A stretch of DNA of 63,929 nucleotides, filler included, from Reclinomonas americana ATCC 50394 (taxonomy: Eukaryota), in the NCBI GenBank assembly GCA_048213135.1. It is 19 parts of 19 records of this genome, joined end to end, with 100 filler letters (N's around TTAATTAATTAA, not from the genome) between each part and the next. Parts side by side here need not be neighbours in the genome. Positions count along the whole stretch, not along the records: positions 28,464 to 38,297 come from AFZH01020492.1; positions 38,398 to 40,383 come from AFZH01020493.1; positions 40,484 to 47,467 come from AFZH01020496.1; positions 47,568 to 50,089 come from AFZH01020497.1; 15 more parts are not named here. One strand, written 5' to 3'. The notes below the pieces were generated by a model that was given only the letters and a program-made list of their open reading frames with translations, was not told the DNA's origin and searched no databases. The translations under genes and the position numbers were made by a program. Positions 34,001 to 47,780 of this stretch are shown here, piece by piece. How positions within the stretch are numbered: the first letter of the stretch is position 1; every line of letters begins with the position of its first letter.

Positions 34001-34810
34001 TCAAATCTTCAACCCCGACGTGCAGTCGCCGCTCGTCGCGCACGCGGTCGCAGTCGACGCGGCCACCACGCCACTCTTTGGCACACACTGCTTTGTCGAC
34101 GCAGTGAAAGTCCACGAGCCGCAGGCGGTCAACTGCGAGCACCACAGTGAGCATGCTTGTGGTCCGGTTATTGTCTTGTTCGCCCACGTGAGGTCGCCAC
34201 CAGGTCGGTCTGCATGCCAACAAGCCACGTCAGTCATAGATCTCTCCCGCATCTCTTACCTCTGCAAAGTCTCACCTGTGCTGGTCTGGAAACCGCTGCT
34301 GTCATACGCAGCCACACTCGTCTTGCGTCCCGATACCAGACAGAAATGCGAGCCACAAATGTTGCTGGTCTCTGCATTGGCTGCTGCTGCTGGCACGGTG
34401 CTCTGCGGGCAACAAGAGGAGGATGGTAAGCTTCGTTTCTTCACAAGTCCTCCCTCATCTCGATAACTTGCCTTCAGCGTGCACAAGCTCACTCCCGAAG
34501 TGTTCGACGCTGCAGCAGCATCCAGGAACGTCCACGATCGACAGAGCGAATACCGATCGCACAATTCGCAACACCCGACCTCGCTGAGAACAGAAGGCAT
34601 CACAGCCAGAATCGTGCCGCCGGGTCGATCCACAGCCTCGAACTGGCACACCTCCAACGCAGCTGCACGTAACGAAGGCGAGTGAGACGGCCGACAGCGG
34701 CGTACACCAGAGCTGAAAACCAACGCAACGAGCCACAACGCCGTTCTGCACCGCTGAACAACTTGTGCCCCAAGCTGCACAAGCATCCAGTCACTGTCAG
34801 CACCATCCAC
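34001..34810 (-). CDS. Secreted protein with two PAN/apple domains (start uncertain; may be the tail of the upstream NHL gene)
   Basis: DRPGGTI..CCELCDRYSLCRSWTF..CTLK and DRPGGDL..CSLWCSQLTACGSWTF..CVPK; TGA at 34001-34003. Confidence 0.65.
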
Positions 34811-34942
34811 ATATTCTCATTTCTCTGAATGCGCTGCTTTGCAGAGGAGGAGGAGCAACAACAATCATGCAGATCTGCAGCAACTGTTCTCGCTTCTCTC
34901 TCTCTCTACTCCCTTTCCCCTCCCTTCCCCCGCACCACTCAC

Positions 34943-37900
34943 CATACACAATCATTAACTGCTTGGTGTACGTCAGCACGCCGTCGCTCACTTGCACAAA
35001 CACTTGCAGTCGCCGACTCAGTGGCGGAGCCACCGAGATCGTCAGCTGATTGCCACCCACGATTGTGAACAGAGCCGCATGCACGCCACCCGCAATGCTG
35101 AATGTAGGCGTCTGTCCCGTGTTGAGATCCACCATGCTAAGTGTCCCAACGGTGAATGGCACCGTCGCACTCGAGTATGTCTGCGGGCCCGACAAGAGAA
35201 TGTCGCTCGGACCAACGCTCCCTGTACACACTGTTCAGTTGACACACGCACAGAGGCAAGCAGAACACTTGTCTGCATTTCTCTTCTTCCCTCACCGATG
35301 GCGAATGCCGACACCGCCAGATATGCGTTGGCTGGCGCCCATCGTGTGCACAGCTCATACGTGCCGACAGCAGCACCCGCCGCTCCAATCGTCAGCGTGA
35401 TGCTGGTCGCACTACCAAATGTGCTGCTGACGGTGGTGCTGACCACGGCCGTCGGTGGTGTCGTCGCGCCACAAAGGGGAGTGGCAAGCACATACGCCGA
35501 TGCATCGGCCGAGTTATTCATCAGCGCGGATCCCGTCAGTGTTATCAACTGACCAGCCAGTGCCGATACGAATGTGGCCGACAGCGATGTCACAGTGGGT
35601 GCTGCATGATTGAGGCAATCAGCATCATGGCGCATCACAACATCACACAGAATAGCACGCAACCAGCAATGCTGAGCGTCTGATCGAACGACATTGCAGG
35701 ATTGCCATTGTCGGTCGTGCGCACAATCACCACCAACGAGGCCGTCACACCCGCACTCGCAAACTGCAGTTGGTTACCAGACGCAATCGTCACCGACGCG
35801 CTACTGGCACCACCCACCACCGAATACGTGAACGATTGCTGCGAGTCCACATCACTCGTGCTCATTGTGCCGATCGCCAGTCCCGCCGTGCTCGGCGGAA
35901 TGTACGAGCTCGCACTCAGTGTCACCGCCGTCGGTGCATTGTTCACTGCGGGACGAAGAGTTCAGAATCCACACCAAGAAACACATCCCTCTCTCGACCA
36001 CTCACCCGACGTCACACTGAATGACTTATCGAAAAACATGGGCGGCGTACCATTGTCGAACGAGCGGATCGTGACGACCAGTGGACTGGCTGACTGTCCC
36101 GCTGAGGTGATCTGCAGTTGCGCGCCAGCGCTCACCGAAAACGCAGAGCCGTTCGCTCCCCCACTGACCGCGTAGGTAAAGGACTGGCCTACGTCACTGT
36201 CGCTGGTGCTCATCGTACACAGTGGCACGCTGGCCGTCGATGGTGCGACATAGGTGGCGGTTCCGGTACACGCAATGTCGGAAGGCGCCGAGTTGTATGA
36301 CGTTGTGAACGACAGGATGACGCCGGTGAGAGTGCTGGGCACGGTGGATGTGGAGAGGGCGCGGAAGTAGTACGTCCAGTTGGCGGCAAGTGATGCGAGT
36401 GACGCAGTCAGGGTGGTACTGGAGGCGACGCCGGAGGAGGCTGGGGTGGCCGAGACGGTGGTGGAGCCGATGGTGAGTCGGCGAATGGTGTGATTCAGAT
36501 AATCTGTCGCGAGAAACGGTGAACCGGAAGGAGAAAAGTAAACACATCTGCAGGAGATTCACGCACTTGCAATGTACAAAACAGACGCTGTGGCATCGTA
36601 CGCGAGGAATACCTGAACACAAGGTGTAAGTGAAAATTCTACTTAGTGGCAAACTCTCGGAAGCAGTGTGAGCGAACCGGATAAGAGAGTCGAGCAACGG
36701 TTAGCGGGCTTCCGTCGGCTGATCCATTGACTCCTGCAGCACCGGCAATGGTTGTCACTGCACCAGTGCTGACGACGACTTGGCGAATGATAGAGTTGAC
36801 ATGCTTCGTAAAAATAGCAGTTTCATGTTAGTCGACGGGACACATTTCACAGCACGTGTTGACCTGCAAACACTACCTCAGCGATGTAAAGAACGCCTCG
36901 GCCACGGTCCAGCTGGATGCCTATCGGTTGGTTGAAAAGTGCTGCAGTGCCTGTGGCATCTGTCGATCCTGTCACTGCGGTGGGTGATCCAGCGAGGGTC
37001 GACACAGTCATTGCCAACATGTCGATCACACGAATGTTGTGGCGAAATCGATCAGCTGCTCATCTCCAGAATGTGAGAACACGTCACCAAAAGACGGAGC
37101 GCAGTTGACGCGGAGATGAGCGAACTCACCGACATACAGTCGATTGGCTGCCGTGTCCAGAGCCATGCCGTTCGGTGCCCCAAACCGCGCTATTGTTGCA
37201 CATGCTCCATCAACGGTGCTCGACGATCCACTTGTGCCACAGTAGGTGGTGACTTCGCCGCCATACGTGACCTGCGAAGTGGAAATGTGGGCTCCGACAT
37301 TTGGATCACGCTCAATTCAGCGTAGTCGCAGATGCCTTCACGCACCTTCCGGACAGAGGAGTTGTTCATGTCGCCAATGTACATCACTTTGCTGGTCGAA
37401 TCAACCACAATGCCGTGTGGGAGACTGAATCTCGCACTCGATCCGGTGCCATCAGCAGAGCCGGAAGACCCGTTGCCAGCCAATGTTGACAGAAAACCGG
37501 AAGGTGTACTTACACGGATCGCATGGTTACTGGACTGCAGAGCCAAACTGTGAGCGACCGAGCAAGACGTCTTTGAATACTCACTGACATGAAGCATAAA
37601 CATAACGCAACATCATCGATATACAAATACCCAGTGGTAAAGTCAATCGACACATCGCTTGGAAGGTTGAACCGTGCAGCACTGCCGATTCCGTCGACCA
37701 GGCCTGCCACTCCCGCACTTCCCAGAAACGTCGACGTCATACCACCATTCGTTACTCGCCGAATCGTGTGATTCTGTTGATCACACACGAATGCAGTACC
37801 CGACGCATCAAGTGCGATACTCTGAACCTTCCAATGAGCAGATATGGTTCGCACCTTCTTAAGTATGTGCATAGTGCATCTCACCGTCGGATTTTTGAAT

Positions 37901-40140
37901 AGAGCAGCACTCCCCGTGCCGTCAGTCGAACCAAAGGTTCCCGATGTGCCCAGCCATGTCGTCACCGCTGGTGTGACACCGAGCGCAGCCGAAGAAGGCG
38001 CCCACTCAAATAAGTTGCTCATCGTCGACGCAGTCACGGAGTTGCCTACCACGGCATTCAGTGTAGCTGACGACGTTGTGACACTGCTAGCAGCGAGCGT
38101 GCCTAGTGACTGGGTGGCTGTGATTCATCAACAAGCAGGAGGAATACTGTCAGTGATCGGCACACCAGAAGAAACATGCGGAGAACTACGAGAAGAATGC
38201 AGAAGAAGAAGAAGAGGAAGAGAAGAAGAAGAGAAGAAGAGAGAGAGAGAGAGAGAGAGAGAGACGACGAGAGACGACGAGAGTACGACGACGACGANNN
38301 NNNNNNNNNNNNNNNNNNNNNNNNNNNNNNNNNNNNNNNNNTTAATTAATTAANNNNNNNNNNNNNNNNNNNNNNNNNNNNNNNNNNNNNNNNNNNNACG
38401 AGAAGAGAAGAACGAAGAGAGAAGAAGAAGAAGAAGAAGAAGAAGAAGAAGAAGAAGAAGAAGAAGAAAGAAGAAGAAGAAGAAGAAGAAGAAGAAGAAG
38501 AAGAAGAAGAAGAAGAAGAAGAAGAAGAAGAAGAAGAAACTGAACGGAAATCTCACAGAAAACAAAGCAAGAAGAGAACGAGGGGAAGAGACAGAAGTAG
38601 AGCACAAAAAAGACCATGCAGGTTCACATGTGGCTCACCCGTGGCAATGGTAAACGCCTTGTCAAAGAATAGCGGTGGCGATCCATTGTCCGTCGACCGA
38701 ATGGTCACCGCAAGCGAGTTGCCCGCCTGACCCGCCGCCACAATTACCAACGACTGCCCGCTGATCGAGAACACTGCGCTGTTGGCCCCGCCGACAATCG
38801 AGTACGTGAACGACTGGCCCGCATTCGCGTCCGCCGTCTGCAATGCACACACGATTTGATTCGCCACCGACGGCGCCACATACGTCGTCGACGAGCAGCT
38901 AATGTCGGTCGGCGCCACATTGGTGGTGGTGGTGAATGACACGGTGGTGCCATTGATGGTGCTGGGTGTGGAGGTGACACCGACGGCGCGATAGTAGTAG
39001 GTCCAGGTGCTCGCCAAGCCACTCAACGAGGCGGTGAGCGACGTGGCCACGGAGCCAGTGGCGGTAGCGGGTGCAGCCGACACCGATTGTGACGCGAGCG
39101 AGAGGCGCCGGATGGTGTGCGCGGTGAAATCGGCAACCAACACCGATGCTGTTGAAGCATCGAAGGCGAGGTAGACAGGCGAGCTGAAGCGGGCCACGGA
39201 CAGGGCGCTGCCGTTGGCTGAGCCACTCACGCCCGCCGCGCCGGCAATCGTGCTCACTGACGAGTCGGACAGTCGGAGTTGCCGCACGGTGTTGCTGCCA
39301 TACTGCAGGATAGGGGAAGTAAGGATCAATAGGCGAGACTCTCGGTGCGGAAACAGACACTCAACATCGGCAATGTAGATGACATTGCTCCCAGTGTCGT
39401 ACGCCAGTCCCACTGGTGAACTGAAGCGGGCAGCCGTTCCTGGTGCATGCGTTCCTATTGGTCAACAAACGATGAATCGGATGCCTATCATGATGCTCAC
39501 CGGTGGCATCCGTGTTTCCAGCGGCACCGCTCGTTGACCCTACCAGCGTCGTCATCGTCATCGCCACCGTGTCAATGGCTCGGATGGAGTTGTTATTGCG
39601 GTCAGCTGCACTCTCGCACAAAACAGAAGGCACAGATGAGAATGGGGAAGAAAGGCATCTCTTTGGTGACCTCTCTCGAATACAGCGCTCACCAACATAC
39701 AGAGTGGAACCGACAAGAAGTACGCCGTAGGGACCACCGAATCGCGCCACTCCCGCACACGCGCCATCGGCTGTGCCACTCATGCCCGCAGTGCCACAAA
39801 AGGTCGACACCGCACCGGCATAGGTCACTCGCCGAATGGTGCTGTTCAGCCAGTCGCCCACATACACCACCTGGTTCGCGGCATCCACCGCCACTCCAGC
39901 AGGCTGATTGAACGAGGCGGCTGCGCCCGAGGCATCGGCACTCCCCGCCGCTCCGTTTCCCGCCAGCGTGGTGACCACGGCAGCTGAGGTGACGGCACGT
40001 ATCGCGTGATTGATCAACTGAGTGAGACAACACAACACCACAGAGTGAGTCAGCAGAATGAATAAAGCTGTGATGATGCATGCCAACACACACTCACATC
40101 GGCAACATACATCGTTCCCGTGGTTTGGTCGATGGCAAGA
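34943..40140 (-). CDS. Large extracellular protein with NHL-repeat propellers, FN3-like and cadherin-like domains; both ends uncertain
   Basis: Repeated NHL units such as TLAGNGAAGSADASGAAASFNQPAGVAVD..YVGDWLNSTIRRV. FN3-like LSGLASTWTYYYRA. Cadherin-like NNAPTAVTLS..STSDVDSQQSFTYSVVGG..VRTTDNGNP. Confidence 0.8.
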
Positions 40141-40177
40141 CCGGCAACACTGTGTGCGTGCGTGAGTGGAGAGAGAC

Positions 40178-40240
<63 letters not shown>

Positions 40241-40503
40241 GACGACGTACGTACGTACGTACGTACGTACGTACGTACCGTACCGTACGTACGTACGTAC
40301 GTACGTACGTACCGTAACGAACGACGTACGTACGTACGGTACGTACGTAACGTACGGTAACGGTACGGTACGGTACGGTACGGNNNNNNNNNNNNNNNNN
40401 NNNNNNNNNNNNNNNNNNNNNNNNNNNTTAATTAATTAANNNNNNNNNNNNNNNNNNNNNNNNNNNNNNNNNNNNNNNNNNNNGTGTCGACGGTCGTCGT
40501 GCA

Positions 40504-40545
<42 letters not shown>

Positions 40546-40840
40546 ACGCTTTGCTTCGTTGTATTTCTCTCGTGTTGTGTTCTCCTCCTTAGTCTCCTCC
40601 TCCTTCTCCTCCCCCTTCTTCCTCCTCCTTTGTCTTCTTCCTCTCCTCCTCCTCCTTCTTCTCCTCCTTCTCCTCATCCATCTTCTTCTTGTTCTTCTTC
40701 TCTTTCTTGTTCTTCTTCTTCTTCTTCTCCTCCTCCTCCTCCTTCCTCCTTCCTCCTTCCTCCTCATCCCTCCCTGTCCCTGTCCCTTTCCCCCCACCCC
40801 TTCACCCCACCCCCTCCCCATCCCTTCCTATCTCACACAG

Positions 40841-43800
40841 GCAACGTCGCCGAGGGCATGCGCGTCCTCGAAAGCTGCAAGGAATACGAGGAAACCGGCG
40901 TGGCATCCGTCGTGGCCCTCCTCGCCGCGCACAGCCGCTCCAAGTTTGTCGGTGCGCCCTCTTTCTCATCATCCCTCTCCCTCCCTCCCTCCTCCATCGA
41001 CTCACCACCGCCGTGCCGTGTTCACAGCGGAGGAGACGGTGGAGGAACTCGATGCCATGTACACTATCAAGGAGGCCACGGCCACGGAGCAGGCGCGTCT
41101 GCTCGCTGCACAGTTCCACTGGCTCAACGAGGAGGTGAGACGCCTGTTTTCGCCATCCCTCATTTCAATGGAAGAGTCTCACCCTCCAACAACGGCAGCC
41201 CGAGAAAGCACGCGCAATGCTCGATCAAGTGACGAGCGCGGGTCACGGCGAGCTCTCCGTCTTCAACCAATGCGTGGCCTACACACTGCGCGGATGGCTC
41301 GATCTGACGTCGCAAAAGACCTCGCAAGTATCGCGGTCGATTCAGTTTTTCGACAAGGTTTTCGAGGTCGATCCGATGGCAGGCAAGAAGCATCTGACGG
41401 TATGCTCTTCGATTGCGTCTCGTCTCTCGCTCCTACGTCACGTGCAACTCACAATGGGGTCTCCATTCTATGTAGGCGCTGCTCGGCAAGGCCAAGTTCT
41501 ACGAGATCAACAAGACTCCCGACTATGGACAGGCGATTGAGTTGTTGAACCAGGTGGTGGCGTTCCACAAGTCGTTTGTGCCGGCGTACACGGAGCGCGC
41601 TCGCGTGCTCATCCGCAGTGGCCAGTGGGACAAGGCTCTCGACGTGCTGCACCTTGCGCCTCAGGTTTCACTGCTGGACTGGCCTGATGCTGTCTTCCTC
41701 TTTTTGAAGCTGACTTTCGTCGTCATGTTTGCAGCAAGATCGCAACAACATTGACGTGGTGCGCATTCGTGTGCTCTACACGCTGACACACGACCCGCAA
41801 ACTGCGGCCGCCACGGAGGCGGTGGAGCAACTGCGTGCGGTGCGCATAACAGTCTTGTCATTCTCACGCGCCTCATGTGCTGACGGCATCCCTGCTTTCT
41901 TCCACAGGCCATTGAGAGCCTCGAGCCGCGCAACGCCGACCTCCTCTACTCCAGCGCTCGCTTCTGCGGCCGCCTCGCCGGCAAGAACCGAGAGTTGCGT
42001 CCACACGTGACGCGGTGTGCTCTTGTTCCGGAATCTCATTGCGTTATGCGCGCACAGTATCATTCAAATGAGCAAGACGTTTGCGGAGCGGGCACATCGG
42101 CTGCTGCCGAACAGGGCGGCGTACTTGGTCGAACTCGGCTACCAGCGCACTCTGCTCGGTCCGTGCGCCTTTGTTCATTCAAGAATTTGGTCGTCTGCTG
42201 ACATTATTTCCTGTGGATGAGCAGAGGAGTGGCGTGAGGCCAAGGAGGCGTACGAGGAGGCCTCGGAGATTGACGAGGGCAACCTCGACTCCATGGTCGG
42301 TGCGTTCCGCCCAGCCCGCTTGATTCACTTTTCCTTCTTTTTTTGTCTTTTCTTGCTTGGCTAAACGTATCTTGCAGGCGAGGTGTACTGCAAGCTCATG
42401 CTCGGCGAGCTGGAGGATGTGGACGAGCGTATGGAAGTGCTGAATGATGTGGCATTTGAGGGTCGCACTCCGCTGCACTCGTTCCTGTGCGCAGTGCATG
42501 CGCGCATGTCCAAGGGTGATGCCGCGTACCAGATTGTGCAAGCGTTTTTGAACGAGGCGCTCAACAATCACATGCGCGGTGTGATGGCGGGGACTCTGAG
42601 GTTTGCTGGCGACAATGCTGGCCTCTTTGTTGTCTGTTCTTACTCGCTCGCTCACTCGCTTGTGCAGTGAGGAGTACTACATTCGCCTCAACCCGCAGTT
42701 CTTGGTGCGCGTGTTGACGGAGCTGATGCAGTACGTGCCGACGGAGCCACTCTCCAAGGGTATGCGCTCGCACCCGCTTTCTCTTCACGGCAAACTTGGT
42801 GTCTCATCTGCTTCCCCGTCCTTCCCTGCGTCCAGACGACCCGCCGCCGGCTGTGATTCGTGAGATTTCCTCGATTCTGGAGAAAATCGTGTCGATCTTG
42901 CCCGGCATTTTCGAAATCCAGCTCATCTACGCTCGCGCCAAGTTCGTGAGCAACGACGTGGACAACGCCAAGAGCATCCTCCATGAAGCACTGCGCTACA
43001 ATCCGTCGTTTGGCGAGGTTCGTGTTGCGCAGCGTGATCAATTTGTTTCGCCTCTGGAGAGCTCATTTTGTTGGTGGTCGCTGTGCAGGCCTTTTTGCTT
43101 CTGTGTCAGATTGCCTACTTTGAGGGCCGGTTCCCCGACGCGCAGGCCGCACTCGAGCGTTCTCTCTCACTCGATTTCAAGATCACCGACAACCCCGTGT
43201 ATGCGCTCATGCAAGTGCGTCGCGGGAGTTGACTTGTATTATTTTCTACTCCTGCACGTACTCATACCCTTCCGTTTCCACGTGATCTCACTGCAGGCCC
43301 GTCTCGCCGCCGTGTTTGGAAATCTGCAACAGGCGCGCGGCACTCTCGAGGCCCTCATTGACTCACCACAGGTCAAGAGCTCTCGTGACAAGTTGCGGCC
43401 GTGTGTGTGTGTCCCTTATTAACAGCAGGTCGTCGACGGACGGGCACTGACTGCCATCCGCTGTATCGCGCAGGCGTGCCAGTGGCATGTCCATTTCCGT
43501 GTTTGATCGTGTCAGCATTTATGTGGAGCTGGCGCGAACGTGCCTCAAGCTGCGCCAAAGAGTTCGTTTATTTGGGCTGCCGAATGTGCATTCGCTTGCC
43601 CTCTCCGCTCACTCCCGCTGACGCACGCAGCCGGAGGCCTCCAAGATCATGGCTCGCGCCACCGAGTACTTTTCTCACACTCGTGAGTACGGCCGTGTGA
43701 TCTTGGTGAATGCTGAGATTGCACTGGACCGCAACGATCCCGACGCCGCCATTTCCACGCTGCACAGCATGTCGGAGGACAGCCCGTGCGTCTCGTGTGG

Positions 43801-46411
43801 GCTATGCACTGTGCTGCCTCTTGTGACGAACTCACTATCTGCGTCCACTTCATCAGGTATTATTTCCAGAGCAAGCGCTTGATGGCCGACATTTACCTCA
43901 ATCACAAGAACGACCGCCGTGCATTCGCTCGCACGTACCACGATCTGGTGGAGAGCAATCCGTCGGTCGAGTCGTACATTATTCTCGGCGACGCGTATAC
44001 GAGCATCCAGGAGGTGAGCGGGCTGTGGATACATTACTTTCTGGTTTCTGTGACCTGAAACTGTCTCTTCCTTTCCGCACAGCCGGAGAAAGCCATTGCC
44101 GAGTTTGAGAAGGCATTGGCGCAGAATCCAGACGACGTGCAGCTGGCGAGCAAGATCGGCAAGGCGCTGGTGTCGACGCACGATTATCGCCGAGTTGCGC
44201 TCCTTCGACTTGATTGTTTTCGTGCACTTCCACATCTGTCGCTGAACTCCCCCTTTCCCTTCCCAGGCACTGACGTACTACGAGTCCGCCGTCAGCCAGA
44301 GCACGTCGCTCTCCTTTGCCCTCTACAAGGACCTCATTGAGCTGCTGTTGCTTCTGGAGCAATTTGCGGAGGCCGAGGAGCACTTGCAAAAGTTCATGGC
44401 ACTCACCACGCGAGGTGCGTCGCCTTGTGTTACAAGTAATGTCACCCGGTAGTGGCGTAACTCATCTCTTGTCGCAGCCGGAAGCTCCGAGGTCAGCGTC
44501 CTCAAGTCGCAGGTCGAGTGCCTGCTCCTGCTGGCCAAGGTGCAGCGGGAGAGTGGCCAGGAGGAGGAAGCCGCTGCCAACTTGCACCGCGCAGAGCAAG
44601 TGCAGAACACGTTGCGCATACACCACGAGCACGCACCAAGGGTGATCTATGCCACTCACCGCTTGCATGCACACTCGCAGCGTGCTCTCCAAGATCTCCA
44701 TCCAGGGCGCCAAGTCTGACACGGTGCTCGACCAGCGGGCGGTGCAGGCACGCATCACGTTCGCTCTCGGTGGGCACTACGAAAAGGTGCACGATCAGCA
44801 AAAAACAGTGGAGCACTATCGCGCCACGCTGGTGCACGATCCGTCGCACATGGAGGTGAGGAGCAAAAAGAGGACAAGAGGAAAGGGTTGATTGTGCGGC
44901 GACTAACTGAAGTGCTGGTGTTCGCAGGCCATGCTGTCGCTGGCGCGGCACTACTCTCGCATCGGCGATACAAATGCCTGCCACTCGCAGTGCGTCTCGA
45001 TTCTGCACGTGGACCCGCAGAATGAGGAGGCCACTATGCTGCTGTCCGACATTCATTTCCGGTTCGTACTCTTTGACGTTTCTCTCTCTCACACACACTC
45101 ACCCTTTGCGCTCACTCTCTGGCAGGCAATCGGATTTCGAGTCTGCTGTGGACCTGTTCCGCAAGTTGCTGGAGAAAAAGCCGAATCACTACGGCGCACT
45201 GGTCAACTTGATCACCCTCTTGCGCCGCGCCGGTCAGCTGAATCTCGCTCCCAAGTACCTGCGACTTGCCGAGCGATCCAGCGCACGTGCCGACCTCGAC
45301 GCCGGCCTGCACTACGCCAAGGCGTTGTATCAGAAGTTGCGCCTCGCTTCTGTTGTCGTTGTTGACCAGAAAAAGTTGGCTCAAACTCGCGATCCGCAGG
45401 TACTCCAACAATCCGCGCGACGCACTGCTCGAGTTCAATCTGGCACGCAAGGACACGCGGTGGCGCACCGATGCCATCATGCACATGGTGGAGATCTACC
45501 TCAATCCCGACAACGACTTGGTGTGGAAGACCAAGGAGAAGAGCACCGACATGACGGAGGAGGATTACGTGAATCTGGAGAGTGCGCGCCGGTTGTTGTC
45601 GGTGAGACAGATGAATAGTCTCCTATTGCCTTGTATGCACCACCGCTCACTCGATTGTCGCACGCAGGAATTCCCGCGTCACCGCTTCCCTGAAAAGTAC
45701 GAATTGCTGGACGCGTATCACATGCTGGCGCGCCGCGGGCGTCGGGAGATTGAGCAGGCGCTGCAGATGTTTATGGAGATTTTCCGCAAGAACCAGACAA
45801 GCGTGGGTGCCTGTGTCGGTCTGTTACTCTTCCCATTTTCTTCACCCTCTCCGCTTCGCGCCTCTCCTCCTCACACCGGCCCGCAGGTATTGCTCAAGCG
45901 CAACTGATGCTCAAGGCCAACACCAAGGCTCGCAATCAGCTGAAGATCGTCGACAAGCTCGACTACAATATCGAGGATGCCGACGAGTACGAGAAGGCCT
46001 ACCTCATGCTGGCGGAGATCTATGTGCAGAGTGGCAAGACCGATCTGGCACAGGCGCTGTTGGACAAGGCGCTGCAGAACAATCGGTCGTGTGCTCGTGC
46101 GTGGGAGATGCTCGGACACTTGTCGGAGAAGGATCAGGCCTACCAGGTGAGTTTGTGTTCATGTTTCATCACTCGATGTGCGTGGCCACTCATCCCGGCC
46201 ACAGGACGCCGCCGACTGCTATGAGAATGCGTGGAACCTGGACCACGAGAAGAATCCCGCCGTCGGTTTCAAGCTCGCGTTCAACTATCTGAAGGCCTCG
46301 CGCTTTGTGCCGGCCATCGACGTGTGCAACAAGGTGCTGGAGGCGCATGAAAATTATCCGAAGATTCGCAAGGACGTGCTCGACAAGGCACGCGCAAGTC
46401 TGCGACCATGA
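40841..46411 (+). CDS. TTC21B: Tetratricopeptide repeat protein 21 / IFT139 (IFT-A subunit); 5' end in gap
   Basis: TPR array including [46 protein letters not shown] and [13 protein letters not shown]-terminus [50 protein letters not shown]. Confidence 0.93.
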
Positions 46412-46555
46412 GCCCCGCGGCAGCAACGCCGACCAGCCAGTTGAATACAGTGAACGCCATCAAGGCAACGAAAAAAATTGATATGAGTTGGATCTACTCA
46501 TTTGTTATAAACTCACTTCTTCAGCACTGCGCACGACACGGGGGACGATTGCCGG

Positions 46556-47374
46556 TCACGAGTCGGGGATGGGGCGCAGATTCGACAACATGAACTGGCG
46601 GAACACCGGCTCAAAGTCGTCGAATGTCGCCGCACTCGCCATCATCTCCAAGCCGAGGGCCAGACGGCCCTCAAACCGCGCCACCAGCAACACCTTCATC
46701 TCCATGTTGTTGCGGGGAATGACGGCGGTGCCCTGTGCACCACATCCCCAACAAGAATGAACAATGAGCCGAAGTCGCCCCACACGCAGTAGCGAGTGAC
46801 GACGCACCGAAATCTCGGCTTGCACAGGTGACACGACGGTAATCTCTCCCAGGTTGGTGATCGGCATGACGGTCATGTGCGCCACACGCACACGATCGGC
46901 CCATTCCTCAATCTTCGGCTCCGACTGTATCGAATCGGGGATGCGGAAACGCAGCACCTGCGAAGAAAGGATGTTCAGAAAAGGCAGCCAGCTCGGCGGA
47001 CATGGAGTGCACGCACCCTGATACCGCACTGGGGCACATTGAAGAACGACGGGTCGGCCGGTGAACGGAATGTGGCAATGTGGAGCGGCGCACCGTACTA
47101 CAGGTGCATGCGATGAGAACAGCAACGCAGTCAGGGACATTATATGATACGTACGTTTTCGAGCACTTCCCAGCCCTCCAGCGCCGGCAGCTTGAATCGG
47201 TCGCGCTCGTTGATGTACCACAAGTAGGACAGCTGTTCCGAGTCCACGTCTTCCGGGAGGGCGATTTCTGAGGGTGGGAAGGGAGGAAAAGAGAGAGAGC
47301 GAGAAAGTGAGGAGAGAGACAGCGAGAAAGAAACAAAGGAAGGAAAAAGAAAGATGAGTAAGAGAAAGAGAGGG

Positions 47375-47422
<48 letters not shown>

Positions 47423-47708
47423 GAAATAAGAAAGAAAGAAGAATAGAAAAACACAAATAGAAAGATANNNNNNNNNNNNNNNNNNNNNNNNNNNNNNNNN
47501 NNNNNNNNNNNTTAATTAATTAANNNNNNNNNNNNNNNNNNNNNNNNNNNNNNNNNNNNNNNNNNNNTACGTACGTACGTACGTACGTACGTACGAGAGA
47601 GAGAGAGAGAGAAGAAGAAGAAGAAGAAGAAGAAGAAGAAGAGAGAGAGAGAAGAAGAAGAAGAAGAAGAAGAAGAGAGAGAGAGAGAAAGAGAGAGAGA
47701 GAGGAAAT

Positions 47709-47780
<72 letters not shown>

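Noticed and set aside
40238..40383. (ACGT/TACG)n tracts at contig ends (also about 3222-3300, 8880-8928 and 47568-47594)
   Set aside because: They occur only beside gaps after AG microsatellites and match pyrosequencing flow-order noise from degraded read tails.
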